From contig NC_086097.1 of the NCBI RefSeq assembly GCF_963921235.1, positions 14,012,001 through 14,076,000 on the forward strand: DNA of 64,000 nt, in the 5' to 3' direction. The translations under genes and the position numbers were made by a program. Positions 1-13,035 of the stretch are shown one piece after another. Position 1 is the first letter of the stretch. Each line of letters opens with the position of its first letter. This stretch comes from Mobula hypostoma. Taxonomy: Eukaryota. Under the pieces are notes generated by a model that worked only from the letters and a program-made list of their open reading frames with translations, was not told the DNA's origin and made no database searches.

Positions 1-447
1 GTACACCTGCTCGGTAGAGCAAATATTTAATCAGCCAGTCCTATGGCAGCTACTCAAAGCATAAAAGCATGTAGACATGGTCATGAGGTTCAGTAGTTGT
101 TCAGACCAAACATCAGAATGGGGAATGATTGTGGAATGATTGCTGGTGCCAGATGGGGTAGTTTGAGTATCTGGGGTTTCTGGGATTTTCACACACACCC
201 TTCTCTAGAGTTTAGATAGAATGGTTCAAGAAACAAAACAAATTTAGTGCGTGGCAGTTCAGTGGGTAAGAGTGTCTTGTTAATGAGAGAAATCAAAGGA
301 GAATGGTCAGACTGGTTTGAGCTTACAGGAAGGCCATAGTAACTCAGATAATGATGCGTTACCACAGTGGTATGCAGAAGAGCATCTCTGAATCCACAGC
401 ATGGCAGGCCTTGAAGTGAATGGGCTGCAACAGCAGAAGACCACAAA
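1..447 (+). mobile_element. Tc1/mariner-like DNA transposon remnant (5' region and degenerate transposase DNA-binding domain)
   Basis: Colinear with the copy at 39673-40583 (gcaaatatttaatcagcc...gcagaagagcatc...cagcagaagacca). The reading frame is disrupted. Confidence 0.85.
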
Positions 448-680
448 CATCTGAGGTGCTTTCTTCATAACTGCATCAATATGTTGGGCCCAGAACAGGT
501 GCTGATTGTTGGGGAAAGATAAAAAAGAATGCTTTGATTATTGCAATGGGAATTGAATACAAAGGAATGGAGTTTATACTTCAGTTATATAGGACATCTA
601 GTATAACGTTGGTCTCCTTAGTTAAGGAAGAATGGGAGCAGTTCAGAGAACGCTAACCAGACCCACACTGAATGGGCAAT

Positions 681-1160
681 GCACAAAGTGCTGGAAGATC
701 AGGAACCATCTGTCAAAGGAAATGGAGTCAAATCTTCACATCAAGACCCTTTATATGAGTCCAGAACCTAGACTGTCCATTTCCTCCACAGATTAATTAC
801 TTGTTTATTTATTGGGATACAGCATGGAATAGGCCCTTCCAACCCTTGGAGCACACCATACAGCAATCCCCCAGTTTAACCCCAGTCTAATCACAGCACA
901 ATTTACACTGACCAATTAACCTACCAACCAGTATGTCTTTGGACTGTGGGAGGAAACAGGAGCACCAAAAGGAAACCCAGATAATCACAGGAAGAAAGTA
1001 TAGACTCCTTAAAGGCAATGACAGGAATTAAACTGGTGTTGTAAAGTGATGTGCTAACCACTACGCCACCATACCACTGCAGATTATGCCTGACCTGTTG
1101 AATTTCTCCAGCCTTTTTTGTATTGCTCCAGACTCCAGCATCTGTGGTATTTTATGTCAT
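681..1160. mobile_element. Degenerate inverted pair of Penelope-like element termini, interrupted by a V-SINE
   Basis: cacaaagtgctgga... on the left and ...tgcctgacctgttgaatttctccagc...ccagcatctg on the right match the PLE terminal repeat seen elsewhere in the window. Confidence 0.6.
796..1079 (-). mobile_element. V-SINE (HE1-like elasmobranch tRNA-derived SINE)
   Basis: V-domain reverse complement gtctttggactgtgggaggaaac...gagcacc. Flanked by the direct repeat cagatta (789-795 and 1080-1086). Confidence 0.8.
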
Positions 1161-2854
1161 CTGGAACAGGCAAGTTGCCTTAGGCAGAAAGGCTGTATAA
1201 GCTGGTGGTTACATCCAAAACCACTCAAGTGGCAAGAAAAGTCTTGATGAAAAGTGTTGATGGAGTGGATGCCTTCTCTTATGGGAGAACCTAGAACTAG
1301 GAATCATTGTTTAAAAATATGGGTTAGCATCAATGATGCAAAATAACTTTTCTCCCAAAGGCCAGTAGAGGCAAAACCTTTTAATGATTTTTGAAAACCA
1401 AGAACCAAGAGGTTGCCAGAGATTGACGTGAGTGTGGATTTGAGGTTATAAAACATATCATACATGATCACAGTAAATGGTGGAGCAGGCTTGAGAAGCC
1501 TCGTGGGTTAATCCTGCTAATCCATTTGTTCAGGTGTAGATTAATAGAGACATAGTACAAAGGTTCAACGGTTCAATTTAATATTAGAGAACATATACTG
1601 TATACAACCTGAAACTCTTACACTTCACAGATATCCGTCAATCTGAAGGAAATCCCCAAAGAATGAGTGACAGAAAAATAGTAAGAACCCTGCCCTCCTC
1701 CCACATGCATGCAGCATCAATTATCCCACCTCCCCTCCCCCCACTCATTCTAGCATAAAGCATCAACTTTCTTACCACCCACCATGCCAGCAACAGCAAA
1801 GACTCCAAAGGGAGACTATGGTCCATAGTACATCAAAATGTAACTGTTCCTTCCATTTCGGCATCCCCAGGCTCTATCTCTCAGTACAGCACAGATGCAG
1901 GCTCTTCAGTCAATGCCAAATCATTTAAGCTGCCTACTCCCATTGACCTGCCCCTGGACCATATCCCTCCATACCACAACCATCCATGTACCCATCCAAA
2001 CTTCTCTTAAACGTTGAAATCAAGCCTGCATTAAAGAGCTTGTAATAAAGAGAAAATCTGATGTGCAAGTTCAGTTTGATACAATGGGACACCAGCAGAA
2101 GGTACCTGAGTGAAGGCATTCAGTAGTTACCATCGCCCTGACCGATGCTAAAGTTAATAACCCCATCATGGATTATTTCTGATTAGCTGGATTTCCAGAA
2201 GATCAGACCATAGCTTAATTGACTTTATGACAAACATTGTAACAAGTGAAAATTGAAAGGCAAGGGAACTACATTGAGTGGTTTAAAGTTCTCATATTGG
2301 CTTAAGTTTTCAAAGTGAAAAGTGGAGCACAATATAATCATTCAGGAATTGTTCTGCTTGTGACCTGAGTTATGTAACCCACTTGCTGCTATAGGATCAT
2401 GAGGCCAATTCCTCAAGGAATATTTGCACTTCCAAGGACTAATCTTTAGTTCTTAGCTTCTCAATTAGTATAAAGAAACTCACTAATACTAGTTACATAT
2501 TGTTGAATTGTTGAATACTGTTGAATAAATTTGATCTTATGGGAGAATGTGAATTAATATTCAAAGCATTCTTCTAGATTATTAAGTAACTTTTTAAAAT
2601 TTATTTTCAATGAAGTGCAATGTCTAATTCTGCAATCTGAAAATCTAGTACCTAATTAAACCCCAAACCAATGAGCGATTATAGAACTAACTCCTCAGGC
2701 ATGATTGGAAAGCCCATGCATCCCCCAACATTGCTAATAAATCTGCTGTTGGTACACTTCTTATGTCTAAATTAAAGAGATCAATAATTAGGGCTTTCCC
2801 GCAGTCCCAGGAATAAAAGATAACCCATTACAAAGTATTGGATGCCCAGGCACT

Positions 2855-3280
2855 AAATTCAGTTCAAAATAAATTTATGACCAAAGTGCATATATGTCAC
2901 CATATCCAACCCTGAGATTCACTTTCTTGTGATCATTCACAGTAAATACAAAGAAACACAATAGAATTAATGAAAAACAACCTATGTGTAAAAAACAATA
3001 CTAATTTGTTGAACTTTTGTATTTTATAGCTGTAGAAGATTATATATCAATAAAAAGATTTTTTAAATGAAAAATGAAAAACAATAAATTGTACAAATCA
3101 GAAAAAAACAACAAAAGAATATTAAATAAGTAGCATATATCAAGAACGTGAGTTGTAGAGTCCTTGAAAGTGAGTCCATAGGTTGTGGAAAACATTTCAG
3201 TGTTGAAGTGAGTGAAGTTATCCACTCAGTTTCAAGAGCATGATGGTTAAGGTGTAATAACTATTACTGAAGCTGAAATC
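2855..3280 (-). mobile_element. Rex1/Babar-type LINE 3' UTR remnant
   Basis: Shares caaccctgagattc...gagtccttgaaagtgagtccataggttgtgg with the copies at 11026-11360, 17655-18535 and 33925-34360. Confidence 0.65.
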
Positions 3281-3297
3281 TCAATACTCTGGATAAA

Positions 3298-3865
3298 AAC
3301 ATAAAGCCATAAGACCATAAGATATAGGAGCAGAATTAGGCCATTTGGCCCATCGAGTCTGCTCTGCCATTTCACCATGGCTGATCCATTTTCCCTCTCC
3401 ACCCCAGTCTCCTGCCTTCTCCCCATATCCCTTCATGCCCTGACTAATCAAAAATCTATCTACCTCTGCCTTAAAAATACCCAATGACTTGGCCTCCACA
3501 CCTGCCTGTGGCAACAAATACCCCATTTGGAGCACTCCCTGCCTAAGTAAATTCCTCCTCATCTCCATTCTATTCTGAGGCTGTGTCCTCTGTTCTTAGA
3601 TTCCCCCATCATAGAAAACATGCTCTCCACATCCGCTCTATTGAAGCCTTTCAATGTTCGATAGGTTCCAATGAGGTCACCTCTCATTCTTTTGAATTTC
3701 AGTGAGTAGAGGCCCCGAACCATCAAACACTCCTCATACAACAAGCCTTTCAATCCCGAAATAATTTTTGTGTACTTCCTTTGAATTTTCTCCAATGTCA
3801 GTGCATCCTTTCTTGGATAAGGCGTTCAAAACTGCTCATAATACTCCAAGAGAGGCCTCATTAGC
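3298..3865 (-). mobile_element. CR1-clade LINE 3' fragment
   Basis: ORF remnants EKIQRKYTKIISGLKGLLYEECL...RMRGDLI. The 3' tail is a (cttatggt)n 8-mer repeat. Confidence 0.9.
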
Positions 3866-4344
3866 ACATCTATGAGTATTTCACATTTAAACTGTTTTGC
3901 AAACCTTTAGCCAATTGCATAGATTCCCAATGCAATGACTCAAATTTTGCCAACTATTACTTTAATGGTAAAAATAGTAATTCTTCTGCCTTAGCTTGAC
4001 AAAATTTAATGACCAGTTGCACATCACCAGCAGTTTGACAGAAACCTATGAAAATCTGCTTATTTCACTTTCATTTTCAGGTTTGAAGTGATTCTTGTTA
4101 GATTATCAGTTAATGACTCAAAAATGGTGAACATCTTTACCTAATGGATACAAACACTTTACTAGTGCAGTGTTAAGACATGAAAGTTACTCTTTAACTG
4201 TTCAGGTCAGAGAAGCTACTGTGGCTGTTAGATTTAGTTTGTTTTCAGCTTGTAGAGAAAGAAATTGAAAGTAATCTTCACATTCAGTGACTCGTATCAG
4301 TAAATCAACAGACACCAGGCAGCTAAGGGCAAAGTATTGTGTAC

Positions 4345-4718
4345 ATCATCATCATGTGCCATGTTGTATGACATGGACAATCATGGTCTATGACCATGGT
4401 TGTTCTTGTCAAATTTTTCTACAGAACTTGTTTGCCATTGCCTTCTGTTGGGCAGTGTCTTTAAAAGACAGGTGACCCCAGGCATTATCAAGACTCTTCA
4501 GGGATCATCTGCTTAGCATCAGTGGTCATGTAACCAGGACTTCTGATATGCACCAGCTGCACATACGGCCATCCACCACCTGCCCCCATGACTTCACATG
4601 ATCCTGATCTGTGGACTAAGCAGGTGCTGCACCTTGCCCAAGGTGACCTGCATGCTAGCAGAGGGAAGGAGCGCCTTACACCTCCTTTGCTAGAAATATA
4701 GATTCACGCCACCACCGC
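4345..4718 (-). mobile_element. RTE-related bipartite SINE-like repeat, family A
   Basis: One of five colinear copies (also 5905, 19000, 28570, 44235). Carries gaaggcaatggcaaac and a (gat)n tail. Confidence 0.8.
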
Positions 4719-5256
4719 AAATGTGTACAATAGAAAAGTGAAATCCTCTCTTCCCACACTCCAGCTCTACCAATATGCTTTCTAGTCAAAGAAGCAAGTT
4801 AAAATCTCGCGCGTGTTGCATTCCCTGCTTATGATGTGTTCTTCTGCATTAAGTGAACCATAGGTAAATTTGCTGAACACCTCCATTCAGCTCACAGGTG
4901 TTACCCTAAGCTTCGGCATTGATTGCCAGTCTCTACACCAACTCTGACCTTTTCCTAGGCCTTCAGTGGTCTTCTAACGAAGATCATCCACAGATTCAAG
5001 ATTCAGTATGGAGTTCAGAATTTCACGGTCAAGATCTTTCTGTGACAAATAACTGATTAAGTCCAACCTCCAATTTTCCCCGTCTCTGATATTCACAATA
5101 CTTCAATGTCACTCAAGATCCTCTAAATTTGTCTGAAATATTGAAAGTAAAACTAATATATCAGCTAGCACGTTATGGAACCAAAAATAAACAATCTACT
5201 GAAGTAACTCAATGGATCTGTAGGGGGAAAGGTATTGTCAACATTTCAGGTAAAAA

Positions 5257-5475
5257 GCAACACACAAAATGCTGGAAGAATTTAGTAGGTCAGGCAGCAT
5301 TTGTGGAGAGGAATAGACTGGCAATGTTTCGGGCCAAGACTCTTCATTGGGATTTAGCCCAGAATGTCAGCTGTTTCTTCCCCTCCATAGACGCTGCCTG
5401 ACCTGCTGGATTCCTTCAGCACTCTGTGTGTGTTGGTGTGGATTCCCAGCATCTGCAGATTCTCTTGTGTTTCAG
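5257..5475. mobile_element. Head-to-head inverted pair of PLE termini
   Basis: caacacacaaaatgctgg...caggcagcat on the left, with the reverse-complement copy gctgcctgacctgctg...tgtgtgttg on the right. Confidence 0.75.
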
Positions 5476-5904
5476 GTCAAAGCTCTGTTTAAAGTGTTGA
5501 ATCATCTGCAGTCTTATGTCTTTATTGAACTGAAAAACTTGGAATGCAGAATTATTTTATACCTCCCCTTTTATACCCATTCCTTCTCCTTTCACGTTAT
5601 CTCTCCCTCCTACTCTTACTTGTACAACTTCAATTCCATTTTCTAGTCTATCCCTAATAATCCTCTTACCCTTCATTTCCCCTCACTTTGAAATAGTGCA
5701 GTGAGATAGTAATGAGTTTACTTCAGACAATTCAACAACCTCCTGCTGTAGCTGCAGAACGAACCTGTCCAGAACGTGGATCAACAAAATAGGTCTGAAG
5801 ATTATGGAGTTTATTATCGTATGGCTATCAAGTTACTTCAACACGCATCGTGACCTGGCTGGTAGCCTCCTGCTGTAGATGACAACATCCCTGACAGCAT
5901 GGGT

Positions 5905-6283
5905 GATAGTGTGGAGTGGAGATACGTCTCAACCAAAGGAGACGTAGACTGCAGGTCACCCTTGGGCAAGGCGTAGGAAGCGCTTAGCACACCCACCACC
6001 CCCCCCTTGGATCATGCTCAAGTGAAGCCATGGGAGCAGGTGGTAGCTGGTCAAATGAACAACTGGTGCATATCACAAGTCCTGGTTATATGACCACTGA
6101 CATCAGGCGGACAATCTCTGAAGAGTATTGATATAATAGCTGGGGTCACCTGTCTTGTAAAGACACTGCCCAGAAGAAGCCAATGGCAAACCACTTCCAT
6201 AGAAAAATTTGCCAAGAGCAATCATTGCCATGGAAAGAACATGACTGCCCACGTCATATGACACGGCAGATGATGATGATGAT
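5905..6283 (+). mobile_element. RTE-related bipartite SINE-like repeat, family A
   Basis: gcaggtcacccttgggcaagg...gcaaaccacttcc...cacggcagatgatgatgatg. Confidence 0.8.
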
Positions 6284-6324
6284 GCCAGTACCAATCTCAG
6301 TTACAAAAGGTTTACCATGATATC

Positions 6325-6422
6325 TGGTCCTGAAGAAGTGTCTCGGCCCGAAACGTCAGCTGTTTATTCATTTCCATAGGTGCTGCCTGACCAGCTGAGA
6401 TCCTCCACATTTTGTGTGTGTC
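6325..6422 (+). mobile_element. PLE terminus with hammerhead-like core
   Basis: gtcCTGAAGAagtgtctcggcccGAAACGTC (core 6330-6357) followed by the PLE terminal sequence. Confidence 0.75.
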
Positions 6423-6749
6423 ACTAAGATCATAGCTCTTCTTCATTCTGATGTTTGCTCTGGACAACAACTGAAGACCTAGATCCATCATGTGACACAG
6501 CACATAATGACGATGACAAGGAGTGCTGAAAAACTACACTCTGCAGCTACCTGTGGGTCCAGCAAAAGAATATCTTAAATAGACATCACAGAAATACGCC
6601 ACTCAGCTCATCTAACCATTGCTTCACTATTCCCACCTGCGCTTCATACCTCCTTTGTCAGGTACAACTCAGCGCCTCCCTTTTTATCACATTGTACTAT
6701 CTGCAACTCCTTATTGTCTCCACCTATCACTTTCCGCTCTCTGTCCCTG

Positions 6750-7105
6750 TCTCCAGTCACCCCTCTACTGCCTGACTCCGTCTACCCATCAACCCTGCCA
6801 CACCTGGATCCACCAATCGCCTGCCAACTCCTGCCTCACCCTTCTCTCTTCCTGCTTCATAGTGGCTGTCCCCAACTTCCTGACGAAGGGTCTCGGCCCG
6901 AAACCTCGGCTGTACCTCTTCCTAGAGATGCTGCCTGCTCCACTGCGTTCACCAGCAACTTTTATGTGTGTTGCTTACACACTCAGTCCTGGTGCAGGGA
7001 CCTGACCTAAAACATCGATTATCCCTCTGCTCCTTGACCCATGGAGTTCCTCCTGCAGCTTGTTTTCCCTCCAGATTCCAGCACCTGCGGTATATTGTGT
7101 CTCCA
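6750..7105 (+). mobile_element. Old PLE 3' region containing a young PLE terminus (about 6879-6973)
   Basis: The young part CTGACGAagggtctcggcccGAAAcctc...gcgttcaccagcaac matches 15171-15630 and 38537-39135. The host copy resumes with cagtcctggtgcaggg...aaaacatcga. Confidence 0.7.
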
Positions 7106-7219
7106 AACCTGGATCCCAACCTACCCTCCAAGTTAATTCAGCCGCTTGACCGTGGCAGGAGATCAAAGAGGAAAGCATGCTAGTAAACTGTGTGAAGTCT
7201 AATCTAGTAGGCATAAGGG

Positions 7220-7600
7220 TCATAAAGTCATAGAGAAAAACAGCACAGAAACAGGCCTTTTGTTCCACCTTGTCCATGCTGAGTCCATTTAATCTGCTTC
7301 TCCCATTGACCTGCACTGGGACCATAGCCCTCCATATCCCTACCATCCATGTACCTATACAAACTTCTCTTAAGGTTTGAAATCAAGTTCACAAGCACTA
7401 CTAGTACTGGCAGCCCGTTCCACACTCTCACGACTCTCTGAGTGGAGAAGTTTCTCCTCATGTTCTCCTTAAATGTTTCACCTTTCACCCTTAACCCATG
7501 ACCTCTAGTTGTAGTTCTGCCCAACCTCCATGGAAAAAGCCTGCTTGCATTTTTCCTATATATACCCCTCATAATTTTGCATAACTCTATCAAATCTCCA
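7220..7600 (-). mobile_element. CR1-clade LINE 3' fragment
   Basis: ORF 7228-7593 (TRGHGLRVKGETFKENMRRNFSTQRVVRVWNGLP) is the CR1 ORF2 C-terminus. Confidence 0.9.
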
Positions 7601-7642
7601 AAAAAGTCCTAAAGCTTCTCGGACAGATAGGCTCAGGAAAGC

Positions 7643-7921
7643 CACGGTAACGGAGCGGTGAGCGTGAAGTTATTGCAGCTTGGATTTCAGTTCTGACAAC
7701 ATCTGTCAGGATTTTGTATGTCCTCCCTGTGAACTGCACTTGTTTCCTCTGAATGCTCTGGTTTTCTCCCACAGACGTACCAAAGCTGTATTAGTTAGTA
7801 TGTTAATTGGACATTGTAAATTGTCCTGAGATTAGACGAGAGTTAAATAGGCGGTTTGCTGAATGATGCGGCCGGAAGGGCCTGTTTTGCACTGTATCAC
7901 TAAATAAATAAATAAATAAAT
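7643..7921 (+). mobile_element. V-SINE with (TAAA)n tail
   Basis: tttgtatgtcctccctgtg...tttcctc...gctctggttttctcccaca V-domain and a taaa repeat at the 3' end. Confidence 0.75.
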
Positions 7922-9559
7922 ATGTCTCAGTTTCAGCTCTATTATACATTCTAGTACATAAATTCGTAGAAATTTACCACATAAAAAGGGGGTTATTCAA
8001 ACCAGTATGTCCACACCAGCTGAAAGAAAACTGCTCCTGCTAGTTCCACTTTCTAGATCTTGGTCACTGCCCTGCAGATAATGCCTCCCCTGTGCTATGA
8101 GGTAGCTATATAGACAGAAGTACTCAGGGAGAAGAGGCCTTTGCGTTTTGCTTTTTCCTCCTACCAGGGACATTACTGCCCTTGGGCAGGTGCACGCTGT
8201 AATGAGATTGAAATCAGTAGGGTACAAGATGTGGAATTGCTGTCGTGCCCCAGATCTCCATGGTACAATTTGTGTCACATCTTTGCAGGCCACTCAGACG
8301 AGGTGCTGGTCGAGAGGGCGGCCTTGCTTTTAACAAGTTACTCCAACCAGGGACCTGCCCACCATCTGTGTGTAACCAGAGACTCCGCTAAAATCTTTTC
8401 AGCTGACAAACACCTTATTTGTTCTTATTAAAACAATCAGCAAGACCCACGGTTCAAAGAAAATGAATGTCAAGGGACTATACTGGAAAACGAACCATCT
8501 GTGGGACTTTTGCTTTCTGTGCACCCGATGCCAGTGGGCAGTTTATTTTCAGCTTCCTGACAGGGGATGCAATCCATTTCTCTCTCCTGCGCTTCCTGAC
8601 GCTGTCATCATCCACTTTAATCACAGCTCTTGCACTCTCGCTAAAGTGCGAGCGAAAAAAAATAAATTATTTCGTTCCACACAGCCACCATCTTAGATCT
8701 TCTCCGAGCTGGAACTTAAGCAGAGAAGGGTAGCTTTGTTCAGGTACAAACACAGAGTGAGTGTTAAATAACGATTAAGAAAAGGCTTGAGTTCTGTTTT
8801 GGTGCTAGGGTTCTTATCTTGAGCTCTAAAATATGTAATAAAAATCTAATGAAAATATCTGCATCAGCAACAAAAACGTGGCTTGTATTCAGGAGTTATT
8901 ATATAATGATGCCACCTTGTTAATGCATGATTTACAGCTGGTGTTTGCCCTAGGCTGATGCTGTTCTATTTTCAGTATTTGGGTTGCACTTTACACAGCT
9001 CACCTGCTCTGCTTATCTATTATTCACCACGGAAGACTTGCCACGTAGTCCGGTGCAGTGGAGGTCTTCACCAGGCAATCATTTTCTTCCCTTCCCCAAT
9101 AACTGTCACTTTAAAAAGACGCCATGAACAGTTCAGGGGCCATCCCGATTCACAAAGGTCAGACCCTCTGGTCGACAGGAAGTTGGCCAATCTGGGCAGT
9201 TTTACATTCAGATAGGAGGAAGGGTGTCCCTTGATCAAAAAAGGATGAATGTGGCTAACATTTTAGCAAGAGAGATGCAAGTAAACACAGGCCGTTCAGC
9301 CCTTTGGTACAGTTCTGTCACTCAATGAGTGCATTAAGGTTTGGGATGAAAATATGCTCTGCAGTTGCTCGGAACTACATTGTCTTGAGAAGCTTGGATA
9401 GGTACATGATATGGATATGGAAGGTAATGGTCCCAGTTTAGGTCGATGGGAGTAGGCAGTTCAAATGGTTTGGTATGGACTAGAAGAGCCTGCTTCTGTG
9501 CTGTACATTTCTATGGCTCTATCACTTTATGACTCTTTATCTAGGAATATCAGGATAAG

Positions 9560-11360
9560 AACTCAGGAGCCCAGTCCATCACATGCAGTGCCCTTCCCGC
9601 TTTTCATCACTTCTACATTGAGCATTGCCATAAGCAAGCAGCATCCATCATCAAGGACCCCTGCCCATCCAGGCCATGCTCTCTCTCTTCTCACTACGAC
9701 CATTAAGCAGGAGGTACAGGAGCCTGAGGTCCCACACCAGAATCAGAATCAGAATCAGGTTTAGCATCACCAGCATGTGTTGTTAACTTAGCAGCAGCAG
9801 TTCAATGCAATACATAATATAGAAGAAGAAGAAATAAATAAATAAATTACAGTATACATATATTGAATAGATTAAAAATAGTACAAAAAACAGAAATAAT
9901 ACATATTAAAAGAGTGAGGTAGTGTTAACGGGTTCAATGTCCATTTAGGAATCAGATGGCAGAGGGGAAGAGGCTGTTCCTGAATCGCTGAGTGTGTGCC
10001 TTCAGGCTTCTGTACCACCTACCTGATGGTAACAATGAGAAAAGGGCATGCCCTGGGTGCTGGAAGTCCTTAATAATGGATGCTGCTTTTCTGAGAAACC
10101 GCTCTTTGAAGATGTCCTGGGTATTTTGTAGGCTAGTACCCAAGATGGAGCTGACTAGATTTATAGATTTACAACCCTCTGCAGCTTCTTTCAGTCCTGT
10201 GCAGTACCCCGCTCCCGCCCCAATACCAGACAGTGATGCAGCCCGTCAGAATGCTCTCCACAGTACATCTATAGTAGTTTTTGAATATATTTGTTGACAT
10301 ACCAAATCTATTCAAATTCCTAATAAAGTATAGTCACTGTCTTGCCTTCTTTATAACTACATCGATATGTTGGGACCAGGTTAGATCCTCAGAGATCTTG
10401 ACACTCAGGAACTTGAAACTGCTCACTCTCTCCACTTTGATCCCTCTATGAGGATTGGTATGTGTTCCTTCATCTTACCCTTCCTGAAGTCCACAATCAG
10501 CTCTTTTGTCTTATTGACGTTGAGTGCCAGGTTGTTGCTGCGACACCACTCCACTGGTTGGCATATCTCACTCCTGTACGTCCTCTCATCACCACCTGAG
10601 ATTCTACCAACAATGGTTATATCATCAGCAAATTTATAGATGGTATTTGAGCTATACCTAGCCACACAGTCATAGGTATATAGAGAGTAGAACAATGGGC
10701 TAAGCACACACCCTTGAGGTGCACCAGTGCCGATCGTCAGTGAGGAGGAGATGTTATCATTAATCTGCACAGATTATGGTTTTCCGGTTAGGAGTTTGAG
10801 AATCCAATTGCAGAGGGAGATACAGAGGCCCAGATTCTGTAACTTCTCAGTCAGGATTATGGGAATGATAGTATTAAATGCTGAGTTATAGTTGATGAAC
10901 ATCATCCTGACATAGATGTTTGTGCTGTCTAGGTGGTCTAAGACTGTGTGAAGAGGCTTTGAGATTGCATCTGCCGTTGACCTATTATGGTGATAGGCAA
11001 ATTGCAATGGGTCCAGGTCCTGAAGCACCAGGTTCAGGAACAGTTATTACCCTACAACCGAACCAGTATGGATAACTTCATTCACATCAACTCAGAACTG
11101 ATTCCACAACCTATGGACTCACTTTCAAGGACTTTACCACCTTTAGTCTCAGTATTATTTATTTATTCTTTCTTTTCAACAATTTGTCTTTTGCTTATTG
11201 GTTGTTTGTCAGTTTTTGTTTATGTACGTATATATTTTCATAAATTCTATTGTATTTCTTTTTTTTCTCTGTAAATGACTGAAAGAAAATTAATCTCAGG
11301 GTAGTAGATGGTGACATATACAGTATGTACTTCGATAATAAATTTACTTTGACATTGACT
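9560..11360 (+). mobile_element. Older Rex1/Babar-type LINE 3' fragment (9560-9740 plus 11026-11360) split by a younger antisense copy
   Basis: The sequence gaggtacaggagcctgaggtcccacaccag resumes as caccaggttcaggaacag after the insert. caccag is duplicated at 9735-9740 and 11026-11031. Confidence 0.75.
9741..11025 (-). mobile_element. Rex1/Babar-clade LINE, 5'-truncated, disrupted reverse transcriptase
   Basis: [44 protein letters not shown] and LNVNKTKELIVDFRK motifs. (tgattc)n tail. Confidence 0.92.
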
Positions 11361-12124
11361 TTGAAGAACTCTACTCACTTCCCAAATGCTGTCTCTGCGC
11401 CATCCAGAGGAAGATTTTGTCCAATATGGGGCAAGTTGCACTTGGAAAGGAATCTAGTTAAATCATATTAATCAGTTGTGTCAAGCACTTCTGGGGCAGG
11501 CTTTAGATCTGAAACATCAACAATTCCTTTCTTCCCACAGATGCTGCTTGAACTGCTGAATTCCTCCAGCAGATTGTTTGTGTGAAGCATTTCATAGGAG
11601 AGCATGGACTGAGATGTGGAACTCAAGTGGTGAGTAACTGTGAACTTCACAACAGGTATATCATAGGTCATGGGGTCATTGTGCATTACAGCACAAAGCA
11701 GGCTCTTCAGCTCATTAAATGTATGCTGGCCTGGTCTTTTGCCTTGTCCCACATACCTGCATCTAAACCCAGAGACCACTTTAAATCACCCAGCAAAATA
11801 GGAAGCCCTGTCACTGTCACCACCACATAGCTGAACTCGTCCTCTTTCTCGATGACTAAAGGCTGAGTGAAATCACATTTTACCTCCGTGACATCATCAA
11901 CAGGCAAGAGTGTGAAGAAATTGCCTTCTTATAGCTGGTCAAGGAGGAAAAGAGAAAGAGGAGGAAGGAACAGTTCAGGGCAGGACTGTAGACAGTCTTT
12001 TCTACATTACCCAACACAAAGCAGTGCTCAAGAGCAGAATCCAGGTTCATGAATTAACATGAAGGTTAGTCACTTCTGTGAGATACCAGGGGGTCTACAA
12101 TCTACAGTCCAAAGCAGAATATTA

Positions 12125-12410
12125 TGTATTTATGGAGATACAGTGTGGAATAGACCCTTCCGAGCCTTTGAGCCACGCCACCCAGCAACCCCCAACTTAA
12201 CCCTAGCCTGACCACAGGCTAATTTACAATAATCAAATAACCTACAAACTGGTGTATCTTTGGACTGTGGGAGGAAACTGGAACGCCCTGAGAAAACACG
12301 TGGTCACGGGGAGAAGGTACAAACTCCTTACGGACAGAAGTGAGAATTGAACCTGGAGCACTGGTACTGCGAAGTGTCCTGCTAATCACAAACCCAACGT
12401 GCTGCCCGTG
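12125..12410 (-). mobile_element. V-SINE
   Basis: ctttggactgtgggaggaaactggaacgcc...tacaaactcc, colinear with 796-1079. Confidence 0.8.
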
Positions 12411-12499
12411 GGTTCATGGGTTTATTGTCTATTCAAAAATTGAAGTTTGGAAACCTCCTCAGCAATTCATAAGAGTCAATTTTAACATTGAAGTTGCTA

Positions 12500-13035
12500 G
12501 AGTGTTAGACATTCAAATACTCAAAAACTTCTACAAATGTCCTGCAGAGAGCATTCGGACTGGCCGCATCACTGTCTGGTATGTGGGGACTAAAGTTCAA
12601 AATCAAAATAAATGGCAGAAACTTGTAAAATTAGTTACCTCTATCATGGGTACCAGCCTCCATAGTGATCAAGACATCATTAAGCTTTCCCAACACCCAG
12701 GACTTGTCCTCTTCTCACTGTTACCATCAGGTAGGAGGTACAGAAGCCTGAAGGCACACCCTCAGCAATTCAGGAACAGCTTCTTCCCCTCTGCCATCGG
12801 ATTTCTAAATAGACATTGAACCCATGAACACTGCCTCACTACTTTTTCAGTTCTATTATTTTGCGCTACTTCTTTTTAATAACTATTTAATAGATATATA
12901 TATATACATACTTAAAGTAACTGTTTTCTTTTCTCTATACCTACTTGTCATATATTTCATTGTACAGCTGCTGTAAAGCAATCAAGTTTCACAACATACG
13001 TTGGTGATATTAAATCTGATCCTGATTCTAATTCT
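12500..13035 (+). mobile_element. Rex1/Babar-type LINE 3' fragment
   Basis: ILKNFYKCPAESIRTG.ITVWY...LFSLLPSGRRYRSLKAH..QFRNSFFPSAI and a tgattc-type tail. Confidence 0.85.

Noticed and set aside
11707..11907. Protein-looking ORF PVDDVTEVKCDFTQPLVIEKEDEFSY
   Set aside because: No recognised family and no convincing splice-site pair. A tBLASTn or RNA-seq check would be needed.
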